Source: an uncultured virus (IMG/VR IMGVR_UViG_3300031853_000028) (lineage: Duplodnaviria > Heunggongvirae > Uroviricota > Caudoviricetes). From it: 64,000 nt of DNA. The notes below the pieces were generated by a model. It saw only the letters and a program-made list of their open reading frames with translations. It made no database searches and had not been told where the DNA came from. The translations under genes and the position numbers were made by a program. Below, piece by piece: positions 41,534-51,019 of the stretch (within the stretch, counting starts at the first letter, position 1; every line of letters begins with the position of its first letter). The stretch is taken from IMG/VR virus record IMGVR_UViG_3300031853_000028; one strand, 5' to 3'.

Positions 41534-44500
41534 TTATTCTCCTTTCAATTCTGCGTATGAATACCACTGTCTTGTTGTGAACTCTTTCTTTCTTGCTTTT
41601 GAATAAGTTCGTACAGGTTGTAAGAATCCTACTATTCTTTGATATGTATCTATTACAGGTTCACCACAATTTGGACATATATCTGTTCCCACAAATCCAT
41701 GATGGTTTTTACATTCGTTTATTCGTGTATTAAATGCAAAATAGATAACATCTTTACAAGCAATATAATTTAACATATCCCATGCACTTTTTGTTGTTGG
41801 GAAATTACTTTCTATATTAATGTGTGCTATTGCTCCACCACTACATTTAGCATCCAATATTGATGCTGTTCTAAGTTTTTCATCTATTGTACATTTCTGT
41901 GATAAAGGAATCCATTGATTTGAGTATATATCTTTATCAAATCCTTTGTCGTTATATAATAATCTATCTTTTTGTGCAAGGATTACTGCACAGTTCTCAC
42001 CTGGTACGCTCTCAACATTTAGGCTATATTTATCAGTAAAATTATCTTTGACTGAATTGATAACTTCAAATATCTTTTCTGCAAACTTCATACCCTCATC
42101 AGTATAATAAGCATTACCAAACGCATCTTTCTCAATATATCCAAAGTATTCTATAACTTCATATAAACCTAATATACCAACTGTTGAATAACATTTTGAA
42201 AGTTCTATTCCACCTTCACAGAAGTTAGGTAGTAATCCTTTCTCAATGTTTCTTTGTATGATATGTCTTTGTACATCTAATGTTTTACAACATAATAATG
42301 TTCTATCATATAATATCTTTAAGTAGTTATCTTCATCACGTTCTGATTCATAGGCTATTCTCATTAAGTTCATTGTGTTAACTTTCACTGAACCTATACT
42401 TAATGCTGTACCACCAATTGAATTAATGAAAGCATCTAGTTTCTTAGTGTCAGATAGTAAGCGACAGCAGTTACTTAGTGTGCCAACATTATCAGACATA
42501 AAGAAATTACTATCATTCCATTTCATGTTATGGTCAGAACACCAACGTGCAAATTTATTATCAACGAATATATTCCACTCTCCTGTTTCTATACCTTTCT
42601 TTTCTGCTTCACGCAACTCTTCTTTAGTCATCTTCTTTTTGAGTAAACTATATGAGAGAACAGGGTATGTAAATATATTCTCACTTCTTATGTCAGATAT
42701 AACTTCCATAAATATCTTTTCAATCTTTATAAAATCATCTACATAATCTACTGCGAACGTTCCGTCTGGAAATTCCACTCCACCAAACAAAGCATTATAA
42801 TAATACTTATCGAATATAGAACAATTAACAAAGGCAGATTGATCTAATCGCATGAAAGGTTGGTTGATTCTGTAAATAAATTTTTGAAACGTTTGTTTTA
42901 GGTAATAGTCCTTATCTTTAATATAATATCCATTCTCTATATCTTTATTGTAAAAGTACATACACCATAACAAGAAGTTTGGTAAACCACACGCACCACT
43001 TGTCCTGTTAGAGAAATATGAAACAAACTCTATGGTATCATCTATAAATGTTGTAAGATGTTTAGGTGGCTGATTATTGTAATGTTCTAAGAAAAATAAA
43101 CCTTCTGTTGCTAATCGTGTTAAATCATACGCATAACAATTATGGGATAATATGTTATTACAAATGAAATGTCCTGTTTCAACTGATATGTCATAAACAT
43201 ATTTATCATCATCTTCATCTAAGACAACATTATTTGATACTGGTTTTTCTCCATAACCAAAACTATATTTACCATTTGTATATCTGCCCTCTAATTCTTT
43301 TGATGTATATTCAACATTATGTTCTCTGATTTTAATTGAATCAAAATTTTCAACATCCTTGTATGGAGTAAATGCTACATGATATATATAATTTTTCTGT
43401 TGAATTAAATCATTAGGTCTATATATACTAGGTGTCTGTTCTCTTACTGTATAACCAAACATTCTGATTATAAATGCTAATTGGTTCATTAATGCTCTGG
43501 AAGTCGTTCTTAAATGTATTCTTCTTCCCTGAGCTTGTGTTAAACTTCCATCTCCATCAAGTATTCCACTAATAATACCTTTTAAAAATATTTTATTATA
43601 TTTTAGAATATCGCTATGGAAACGATAATCTTTTGATTTCTTACCAATAATAAAACATTGTGCGATTATATCTTTAAATACTCTGCTTCTAATTATAATG
43701 TTGTAAGCATTTGAATTAGGTTTACCAAATATACTATAACCATAATTCTTTTCTTCGCAAATTCTAATAACGTTATCAAATATTGCTCCTTTGTTTTGAG
43801 TAATAACTATAGTGTTTTGTCCTTTGAATCCATCAGCAATAATCATTCCTACTAACCAACCAAAATCAAAATCTAACTTAATCTCATTCTGTATTGGATT
43901 TACATTTTGAGTATAACAAACCTGCCCTCTTTCATTTCTCGGTGTATAACTATTAACTGCTTCGCCTTTAAATAATAACTTAGTGCCTTTTAATTCTTCT
44001 AAGCAATAGATTGTATCAACATTACCAAAAGATTGATTAAACTCTTGTGTGTATAACGTATCATCTGTTGTAATATACTTTGCTTCTTTATCACCTTTAG
44101 TTGTTATTATTGGATGATTACTTGTAACAATCTCACTCATACCATTGTTCGCTTTAATGAAATGAAAAGGTTTAGTTTTAGGTTTCTTAATTACTCTAAT
44201 TACCTTTGTCCAGCCATCTTTATCCCAGACAACTAAATCGTTAGTATACTTACAATAAGCATTATCTTCTTTGTTTAATAAGACTTCTGTACCTTCAACT
44301 AATTCATACAAATCAGAAAACGGAATTAAATGTAATTTGTCTTTATATTTAACTACTACTGTTTCTGTTCCTTTGTATGAGTATGAAACAAATGTAGAAG
44401 ATGAAGAATCATGAATGTAAAACGCACCACTCCACTCTGTTTCTAGCCACAATTCAGCAATTTCTAATCCATACATCTTCTTCATGTCATAAAAGATTTT

Positions 44501-44755
44501 ATTAAGGGCATGAAGTTTATCTTCGCTTTTGCATTTCTCTTTTGCTAATGTTGCTATATCTTTATGATGTGCATTAGCATTAGCATCAATTGATACATCA
44601 GCCACATTCTTATCAATAAAATTATCAATGAATGTGGAAAAGTTTAACTGTGATTCATGTAAGCCATTTAAATAATCAAAGTCTTCTCCGTATTTTACTT
44701 TGAGTTTGTTTAAACAATTTTCAAAGTCTTTATCAAGATCCAAATTGATAATCAT
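41534..44755 (-). CDS. nrdD: Class III ribonucleotide reductase with intein
   Basis: YIHD, SNCCRL, ESVPGE, SGGAIAHI, CKNH/CPNC, RIVGFL glycyl loop; no ATP cone. Confidence 0.93.
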   Translation of the reverse strand: MIINLDLDKDFENCLNKLKVKYGEDFDYLNGLHESQLNFSTFIDNFIDKNVADVSIDANANAHHKDIATLAKEKCKSEDKLHALNKIFYDMKKMYGLEIAELWLETEWSGAFYIHDSSSSTFVSYSYKGTETVVVKYKDKLHLIPFSDLYELVEGTEVLLNKEDNAYCKYTNDLVVWDKDGWTKVIRVIKKPKTKPFHFIKANNGMSEIVTSNHPIITTKGDKEAKYITTDDTLYTQEFNQSFGNVDTIYCLEELKGTKLLFKGEAVNSYTPRNERGQVCYTQNVNPIQNEIKLDFDFGWLVGMIIADGFKGQNTIVITQNKGAIFDNVIRICEEKNYGYSIFGKPNSNAYNIIIRSRVFKDIIAQCFIIGKKSKDYRFHSDILKYNKIFLKGIISGILDGDGSLTQAQGRRIHLRTTSRALMNQLAFIIRMFGYTVREQTPSIYRPNDLIQQKNYIYHVAFTPYKDVENFDSIKIREHNVEYTSKELEGRYTNGKYSFGYGEKPVSNNVVLDEDDDKYVYDISVETGHFICNNILSHNCYAYDLTRLATEGLFFLEHYNNQPPKHLTTFIDDTIEFVSYFSNRTSGACGLPNFLLWCMYFYNKDIENGYYIKDKDYYLKQTFQKFIYRINQPFMRLDQSAFVNCSIFDKYYYNALFGGVEFPDGTFAVDYVDDFIKIEKIFMEVISDIRSENIFTYPVLSYSLLKKKMTKEELREAEKKGIETGEWNIFVDNKFARWCSDHNMKWNDSNFFMSDNVGTLSNCCRLLSDTKKLDAFINSIGGTALSIGSVKVNTMNLMRIAYESERDEDNYLKILYDRTLLCCKTLDVQRHIIQRNIEKGLLPNFCEGGIELSKCYSTVGILGLYEVIEYFGYIEKDAFGNAYYTDEGMKFAEKIFEVINSVKDNFTDKYSLNVESVPGENCAVILAQKDRLLYNDKGFDKDIYSNQWIPLSQKCTIDEKLRTASILDAKCSGGAIAHINIESNFPTTKSAWDMLNYIACKDVIYFAFNTRINECKNHHGFVGTDICPNCGEPVIDTYQRIVGFLQPVRTYSKARKKEFTTRQWYSYAELKGE
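43139..44380 (-). mobile_element. Intein with LAGLIDADG homing endonuclease (414 aa)
   Basis: Y|SYKGTETV...VTSNHP...GWLVGMIIADG...GILDGDGS...VYDISV..GHF..ILSHN|CYAY. Confidence 0.9.
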
Positions 44756-44777
44756 ATAATTTCTCTCCTTTGTACTT

Positions 44778-45035
44778 TTATAGTTTCTTTATAAATTCAA
44801 TTGCATCATCAAATTCTAAATCCATTGTTATGTTACCATTTAAATCATACACTCTTAATACTGGCAACATAGATATTCCATTTTCAATCATCTCTTCTTC
44901 GTCTGAACATAAAGTTAATAGTTTATTTAACTCATCTAAATTTAAATAAGAATACTTAGCGAGTAATTTTTTATATAGTATATTGCATTTAGGACATCCA
45001 ATTGTATATAATTTAAACTTATAATTATTATTCAT
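44778..45035 (-). CDS. Glutaredoxin/NrdH-like redoxin
   Basis: LYTIGCPKC..L...MLPVL. Confidence 0.75.
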   Translation of the reverse strand: MNNNYKFKLYTIGCPKCNILYKKLLAKYSYLNLDELNKLLTLCSDEEEMIENGISMLPVLRVYDLNGNITMDLEFDDAIEFIKKL

Positions 45036-45050
45036 ATGTTTTTTCTCTCC

Positions 45051-45743
45051 TTATTTATCTGTTGTCAAACCTTTTACATAATATCCGCATGATTTCTTTT
45101 CTGGACATTCACCTAAATATGTGCATTTAGGTTCAAATAAATTAGTGCTATTCACAATATAATTCCATTCATCAGAATATTCTGATAAAGCATCCATGAT
45201 ATCTACCATCAAATGTCTGTATTCCCAATATGCTCTCGTGCATAATCTTTGGTGTGACATTTCAACTAAACTTCTTAAACATCTTCTATCAACAACTTTA
45301 GTTGTCATACCTAGTGGTAATCCCATAGCAGAGTCTTCTTTAGGTACTCCAAGTTGGTCTAACTTTTCTAAGGAAATCTTAATATGATTCATCATGCTTT
45401 TATAAACTTTATTACAATCTTTATTATTTTTAATCTTAGGTGGTGTTACATAATCAAATCCATGTTCATAATCAATATATCTTGTACTTGCCTGTAATCT
45501 TGTTGGACTACCTGCTATATGTGTGTACCACTCTCTCATAACTCTTGCAGAATAACCATCAATAATCATATATATTTCAGGATATTCTAAAGTTCTTCCA
45601 TGTCCACTATTAATACAATCAATTCCACGATTCCTATTTTTTGTATCATCTTCCACATCAGAACCATAACACACTCCTGCCATCTTACCGATTAATGTAA
45701 TTGGTGTTTTAGTTGTCTGCTCTAAAATTATTACGTTCCCCAT
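45051..45743 (-). CDS. thyX: FAD-dependent thymidylate synthase
   Basis: SGHGRTLEY, THIAGSPTRLQASTRY, PKEDSAMGLP, RLCTRAYWE. Confidence 0.9.
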   Translation of the reverse strand: MGNVIILEQTTKTPITLIGKMAGVCYGSDVEDDTKNRNRGIDCINSGHGRTLEYPEIYMIIDGYSARVMREWYTHIAGSPTRLQASTRYIDYEHGFDYVTPPKIKNNKDCNKVYKSMMNHIKISLEKLDQLGVPKEDSAMGLPLGMTTKVVDRRCLRSLVEMSHQRLCTRAYWEYRHLMVDIMDALSEYSDEWNYIVNSTNLFEPKCTYLGECPEKKSCGYYVKGLTTDK

Positions 45744-45767
45744 AATGCACTCTCCATTTCATCTTCA

Positions 45768-45971
45768 TCATATACTGTTAAGATATTTCTTTGCACTAGA
45801 TATACTGTAAAAGATATTTGATTCACTCTTATCAACGTCAATAAGATATGCTTGTTTAGTTGCAGTATCGCAACCAACAATAATATTATCTTTTATATAT
45901 CTAATTGTTAAATTAAGTATCTCATCTAATCTTACAAAGTATATTTGATTACCAATATTTAATCCTTCCAT
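45768..45971 (-). CDS. Hypothetical protein
   Basis: ORF in operon. Confidence 0.55.
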   Translation of the reverse strand: MEGLNIGNQIYFVRLDEILNLTIRYIKDNIIVGCDTATKQAYLIDVDKSESNIFYSISSAKKYLNSI

Positions 45972-45975
45972 TCAA

Positions 45976-46509
45976 CTATTTAATAATGGTCTGATGTACT
46001 AAATAATTCAACACATCATACCAATCCTTTCCTCTAAAATTATTTGTTATTTTATCATCATATCCTATAGATATTTTATGTGTAGTGTTTGAGTATTCGT
46101 ATGTATTAGAATTATCAATATATATACAATTTGATAAAACTTCTTTAGGTTTATCTGAACGTAATACATTAACATTGCAATATGGCAATTTATTATTTAT
46201 TAAATCTATCTTATATTTATTTGCATTGTATTTATTGTATGGAATAAATATAGTTATTATAAAATTTAAATTATGCAATGTTGTTAAAACCTCATACGAA
46301 CCTTTTTCAAAAGGTAAATACTTCTCATAAAACTTTTTGTTCTCCAACCATTCTCTTATTACATTTGGTTGGACATTTAATTCATAGTAATCATTGCTTA
46401 TTATATCCTCTGGTGGAATATACTTTCCACATTTCTCACAATATAATCTTGATATTGCAGTTTTATCATCAAAGACTTCATTGAAATTAACGTATACATT
46501 CATATGCAT
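45976..46509 (-). CDS. Degenerate HAD 5'(3')-deoxyribonucleotidase-like protein
   Basis: VYVNFNEVF (in place of DxD), LPFEKGSYEVL, K..IYIDNS, DWYDV. Confidence 0.55.
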   Translation of the reverse strand: MHMNVYVNFNEVFDDKTAISRLYCEKCGKYIPPEDIISNDYYELNVQPNVIREWLENKKFYEKYLPFEKGSYEVLTTLHNLNFIITIFIPYNKYNANKYKIDLINNKLPYCNVNVLRSDKPKEVLSNCIYIDNSNTYEYSNTTHKISIGYDDKITNNFRGKDWYDVLNYLVHQTIIK

Positions 46510-46524
46510 CTGACCTTTCTCTGT

Positions 46525-47103
46525 TTAATCTTTAAATAACTTACTTGGATTTAGCATTAATAAATTACATATGCTTAATATAATTGTTTCAACAAATTTA
46601 ACATTTAACTTATCATTGTTGATAATTAAATCAACTTCTTCATCAAAGTTTTCAAAGTCATCATCATCAGCCTTTAATCTTCTTTCACATTCTGACAACT
46701 CATCACCTCTTTTATGAAGTCGATTAATTAATGATTCTTTAGATACTTTAAGATATATACCAAAGATTTTATCTCTATATAATTCTTTGATATATTTATA
46801 AGCAAACGGATTCATTATCATTATTCCATTTGCCTTTAACGATTCTTTAGGTATACCATAATACCATTCGGTACTTTCATTAATTTGATATGATGATGTT
46901 TCAATAAAGAAATCATCATCAATCAAACTAATAAACTTTTCTTTATTAACGAAGATATACTCAAGACCTTCCTTTTCATTTATACGTTTAGGTCTTGTAG
47001 TATAAATAGGTATTTGGTTTATGCCAAATAATTTTAATCTTTTTGCTAATGTTGTTTTCCCTGAACAACTCTTTCCTAATAATGCGATTATCATTTTTCT
47101 CAA
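46525..47103 (-). CDS. gmk: Guanylate kinase
   Basis: GKSCSGKT, YTTRPKR..E.EG.EY.F, WYYG, RGD..RRL. Confidence 0.85.
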   Translation of the reverse strand: MRKMIIALLGKSCSGKTTLAKRLKLFGINQIPIYTTRPKRINEKEGLEYIFVNKEKFISLIDDDFFIETSSYQINESTEWYYGIPKESLKANGIMIMNPFAYKYIKELYRDKIFGIYLKVSKESLINRLHKRGDELSECERRLKADDDDFENFDEEVDLIINNDKLNVKFVETIILSICNLLMLNPSKLFKD

Positions 47104-47152
47104 TCACACTCCCTCGTTATTAATACATTATAAAAAACACATTGTCTAGTTA

Positions 47153-48091
47153 CTAATTGTTAAAAATATTTGTATCGTATACCTTGAAACACTGTACCTT
47201 AGTATTCCAACCATCGTTACATGATGATATGTCACCAGAACGTTTTGCTTTACTATCTAATTCATTTTCATCAATTATAAATTCTGTACAACAACCATTG
47301 GCAGATGTAACGATATTGTCTGAATATGTATCTCTATCATCTTTAATATCCCCAACAATGATAGGTATGATTGTTCCATTGTCAAGAACAATATCCACAT
47401 ACTGTCCAATGTCTGCATGTACAGATGTACCAACTGCAACACAATATCTACCATTTACTTGTCGTATTCCATATGTACCAGTATAGGCTTCTGTGTGTTG
47501 TAATATATATTGCTTAGACTTCTTATTAGTTATCTTTCGATAGCTCATATATGACTTAAATCCACTAGCTGTGTGTGGTATGGTAACTGTATTACTTGGT
47601 TTACTAGTCGGACTTTGTGTAGGGGTAGGTGTCGAAGTCGGCTTTGGTGTTGGTGTTACTATTGGTTGTTCTTCATTTTTTACATACTTCGCACAAATGT
47701 ATGCACTCTTTCCCTCATAATTTATTTTGAGCCATTCATTATCATTTGTATTATTGTATTGAATATAAGTATTATATTCTAATACATCTAATACTTCTGA
47801 ATTAATATTTGGTTCAATTCGTACTCTAAGCCTATCTGTTGTCCATCCATCTATCAAAGGTTCGTCAGGTGCTTTTATATCGCTTTGACAATTGATAGTA
47901 TCAGTTTGTACATTTACTTGCGTTTCTACATTTTGTTCTACATTATTATTTGTAGGTTGTATTGTAGAAATAGTTTTTTTGGCTGATGAATACGTTGTAT
48001 TATTTGGTGTGTTGCAGTTAGTATAATTACATAAACCTAAACCAGTTCCTAATATAACTGTACCAACTACAACTTTCTTTAAGTTTTTCAT
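47153..48091 (-). CDS. Exported SH3b protein with PT linker and putative cell-wall-active C-terminal domain
   Basis: Signal-like N-terminus; LRVRIEP..WLKI..YICAKYV; TPTPKPTSTPTP; RYCVAVG..GDIKD..EFIID. Confidence 0.7.
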   Translation of the reverse strand: MKNLKKVVVGTVILGTGLGLCNYTNCNTPNNTTYSSAKKTISTIQPTNNNVEQNVETQVNVQTDTINCQSDIKAPDEPLIDGWTTDRLRVRIEPNINSEVLDVLEYNTYIQYNNTNDNEWLKINYEGKSAYICAKYVKNEEQPIVTPTPKPTSTPTPTQSPTSKPSNTVTIPHTASGFKSYMSYRKITNKKSKQYILQHTEAYTGTYGIRQVNGRYCVAVGTSVHADIGQYVDIVLDNGTIIPIIVGDIKDDRDTYSDNIVTSANGCCTEFIIDENELDSKAKRSGDISSCNDGWNTKVQCFKVYDTNIFNN

Positions 48092-48183
48092 TGTGTGTAA
48101 ATATTCCTCACTTTCATATCATATATGCGATATTGCTTGCATATATATTATTAATCGTGTGTATATTTATAATGTATAATAAT

Positions 48184-48212
48184 ATTATATAATAGTCTTT
48201 TTCATTTGTCAA
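48184..48212 (-). promoter_or_regulatory. Consensus SigA promoter for the leftward operon
   Basis: TTGACA-17-TATAAT. Confidence 0.8.
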
Positions 48213-48234
48213 CACTTTTTATTATATATTTATC

Positions 48235-48263
48235 TTTACATTTACATATATATACATTATAAT
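48235..48263 (+). promoter_or_regulatory. Integrase promoter (divergent)
   Basis: TTTACA-17-TATAAT followed by SD AGAAAGGAG. Confidence 0.65.
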
Positions 48264-48294
48264 ATTCTCATAAATAAGAAAGGAGTTATTATAT

Positions 48295-49512
48295 ATGAAA
48301 ACATTACAAATAACTAAAAGAGGAAATGTTTGGCAGTATCGCTTTGAGATTGCTAACGAAAATGGAAAGAGGAAATATATCTCTCGAAGTGGATTTAAAA
48401 CAAAAGGTGAAGCAATAAAGGAAGGAACAAAAGCACAGAATGAATATAATAATATCGGTTCAATAGTCAATACATCTAAGATAGATAATTTATCTGTAAC
48501 TGATTATCTTTATTACTGGTTAGATGAATATTGTGTAACCAATTTAAAAGCAACTACAGTAGAAGGATATAGAAAAAAAATAAAGAATTTGATTGTACCA
48601 TACATTGGTATGTATAGATTGAATAACATATCTCCTATTGTATTACAACAATATATTAATGATAGATTTAATGATGGCTTTTCGAGAAATACATTATTAT
48701 CATTAAAGGGAATACTATCTAAATCATTCAGGTATGCCATACAACCTTTACAGATATTAAATAATAATCCAATGTTATATGTGGAATTACCTTCCGTAAA
48801 TGCAATATCAAAAAAGAAATCAAGAAAGAAAGAACGATACGTCATATCGCCTGATGATTTTAAGACAATCATCAATCGTTTTCCATATGGCTCTTCTCAA
48901 TACTTACCTTTGATATTAGCATATAATTGTGGATTAAGACTTGGAGAAACCTTTGCATTAGATATAAATGATTTTAACGAAGATGCTAAAACAATCACAA
49001 TAAATAATCAAATACAATGCAATACTAATAATGAGTGGTACTACTCTCTTCCCAAATATAAATCAAAAAGAGTTATAGATTTAGATGATGAAACATTTAA
49101 GTTATTACAAAAAATAAAACTACAACAAAAGAAAGATAAATTATTTTATGGTAAATATTATGTTCATCTTTATAAAAACAGTAAAGGTGTACTGTCAACA
49201 GAACGAAGTGAAGATTCCATTGAAGTACACCCATTTAGCAGACGTGAATGTGGTGAATATATTCAACCAAGAGTTATGCAACACTGTGGTAGAATAGTTC
49301 ATTATGAATTAAATATGCCTAACTGGGATTATCATTCTCTTAGACATACACATACTACAAACTTGCTGGTTGCAGGAGCAGATATAAAGTATGTACAAGT
49401 TCGATTAGGACATAAAAATGTAGAAACCACTCTCAACATCTACACTCATCTTACAGATGAAATGATTAATAAGAACAACAACATATTAAATTCAATATCT
49501 GTAAATGAATAA
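48295..49512 (+). CDS. int: Tyrosine integrase with arm-binding domain
   Basis: WQYRF..SGFKTKGEA; GLRLGE, HSLRHTH, RLGH, TTLNIYTH. Confidence 0.95.
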   Translation: MKTLQITKRGNVWQYRFEIANENGKRKYISRSGFKTKGEAIKEGTKAQNEYNNIGSIVNTSKIDNLSVTDYLYYWLDEYCVTNLKATTVEGYRKKIKNLIVPYIGMYRLNNISPIVLQQYINDRFNDGFSRNTLLSLKGILSKSFRYAIQPLQILNNNPMLYVELPSVNAISKKKSRKKERYVISPDDFKTIINRFPYGSSQYLPLILAYNCGLRLGETFALDINDFNEDAKTITINNQIQCNTNNEWYYSLPKYKSKRVIDLDDETFKLLQKIKLQQKKDKLFYGKYYVHLYKNSKGVLSTERSEDSIEVHPFSRRECGEYIQPRVMQHCGRIVHYELNMPNWDYHSLRHTHTTNLLVAGADIKYVQVRLGHKNVETTLNIYTHLTDEMINKNNNILNSISVNE

Positions 49513-49531
49513 TGTCATATTGTAAATAGTT

Positions 49532-49895
49532 TGTTCTCATGTTCTCATAGTGTGTTCTCAAAATATTTTTATGAGAACACCATGAGAACATTTGATACTT
49601 TTATTAATCAAGCATTTGTCAAACATCTGATTAATTATTTAAACAATCTATTCAAACCCTAGCATTTACCGTTATCGAACGCTTCCTGAACAGCAACAGC
49701 AACTGCAACAGTAGCACCAACCATAGGATTGTTACCCAATCTATTAGTCAGTATTCCATTAAATTTATATTTATTTTACTATACTCTGAAACCCTTGTCA
49801 ATAAAGGATATTCTTAATAGCAAAAATTTATTTGTATTCATTTGTTTCAACTTATCCACAAAAATATTTATTTTTTTGAGAACAAATTGAGAACA
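49532..49895. other. attP: seven TGAGAACA arm sites around a host-gene-like core
   Basis: TGTTCTCA at 49532, 49540, 49553; TGAGAACA at 49572, 49583, 49877, 49888; core 49659-49739. Confidence 0.85.
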
Positions 49896-49912
49896 AATGA
49901 ATTTGGAATTTA

Positions 49913-50119
49913 CTATATTTGGGATAAGTCAACATTTTCATACTCATTTAAAAATTTAATTAACGAACTTCTTCTTATTCTATATGATTTAAATTTCATA
50001 ACTGGAATAAGATTTTTGTTTATTAAATTGTATACATAATTTTTATTGACATGAAGTATGTCGGCTACTTCCTTTACTGTATATACTACATCATCATTGT
50101 TTAACATATTATCATTCAT
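49913..50119 (-). CDS. xis: Excisionase-like HTH protein
   Basis: YTVKEVADILHV..VYNLI..YRIRRSSL; convergent on attP. Confidence 0.85.
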   Translation of the reverse strand: MNDNMLNNDDVVYTVKEVADILHVNKNYVYNLINKNLIPVMKFKSYRIRRSSLIKFLNEYENVDLSQI

Positions 50120-50139
50120 AATCTCATTCTCCGTTCAAA

Positions 50140-50667
50140 CTATTTCATTCTAAGGTATTCTGTCTGTGGTTCTAAATGACACCATTCGCAATTAACTGAA
50201 CCATCATCACCTTCCATACCATGTTTCTTTAAGTAATCTCTTAGTTTATCATTATCTGCTAAGTCTGGTTGTTTTATTCTAAACTCTTCTGGAACTTTAT
50301 CAATAGGTACATCCATTGTCAATTTACGTTTGCCACCTGCTTTACATATAGAAAAAGAAAATAAATCTGTATCTATTCTTTTCTTTCCCATATTATACAT
50401 ACAATTTTTCATATTGTTTTTAAGCCATTTAATTTTATTTTCTAAATGCTTTTCTCTTTCAAGTAATCTTTCTTTCTCTTCTTTAACTGCCTTAGCATTG
50501 CTTTCTAAAATTCTAATAATCTTGCCATAGTTTTCGGCTTTCTGTTCAATGTCAAAGTCAAGTGATTCAAGACTATCTAATATTACTTGTTCATCTTCCT
50601 CTGGATCATTTAACATATACAGTATTTCCTTATACTGTTCACTTAATTCATACAGTGATTCATTCAT
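50140..50667 (-). CDS. Siphovirus Gp157-family protein
   Basis: LYELS..KAENY..RL..LK..TDLFSFSI. Confidence 0.85.
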   Translation of the reverse strand: MNESLYELSEQYKEILYMLNDPEEDEQVILDSLESLDFDIEQKAENYGKIIRILESNAKAVKEEKERLLEREKHLENKIKWLKNNMKNCMYNMGKKRIDTDLFSFSICKAGGKRKLTMDVPIDKVPEEFRIKQPDLADNDKLRDYLKKHGMEGDDGSVNCEWCHLEPQTEYLRMK

Positions 50668-50756
50668 ATAATCATCCTTTCTTATACTTATAAATACTTA
50701 TTAGAAATAATAATAAAATATTTTATCATTACGACATACGATATTTTATATTTTTT

Positions 50757-50785
50757 ATTATATATTATGTATTATCATTTGTCAA
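50757..50785 (-). promoter_or_regulatory. Consensus SigA promoter for gp157-xis
   Basis: TTGACA-17-TATAAT. Confidence 0.8.
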
Positions 50786-50862
50786 GGATATAATTAATAA
50801 TAAATACAAATAATTATTTATTTATATATATGAATATAACTGTAATACTAAAATAATGAATG

Positions 50863-50892
50863 AAAAAAAGAGAGGAATGAAATCCTCTCTTT
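50863..50892 (-). terminator. Intrinsic terminator
   Basis: AAAGAGAGGA/TCCTCTCTTT stem followed by a U tract on the - strand. Confidence 0.8.
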
Positions 50893-50976
50893 ATAAATGT
50901 CCGCCCGACATTATCGCATAAGTGGTTCGAAAAAAAATAAAAGAATTTTTTTAGAATCATCTTTATCGACAATATT

Positions 50977-51005
50977 ATTGTACTATATAACATCTATCTT
51001 GTCAA
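50977..51005 (-). promoter_or_regulatory. SigA-type promoter with no ORF before the next terminator
   Basis: TTGACA-17-TACAAT. Confidence 0.7.
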
Positions 51006-51019
51006 CACTTATTTTAAAA

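Noticed and set aside
49532..49590. Short repeats as a mini-CRISPR
   Set aside because: 8-bp units in both orientations with no spacers; they fit integrase arm sites
50915..50935. GTGGTTCGAA T-loop-like motif on the + strand
   Set aside because: No complementary T-stem or acceptor stem
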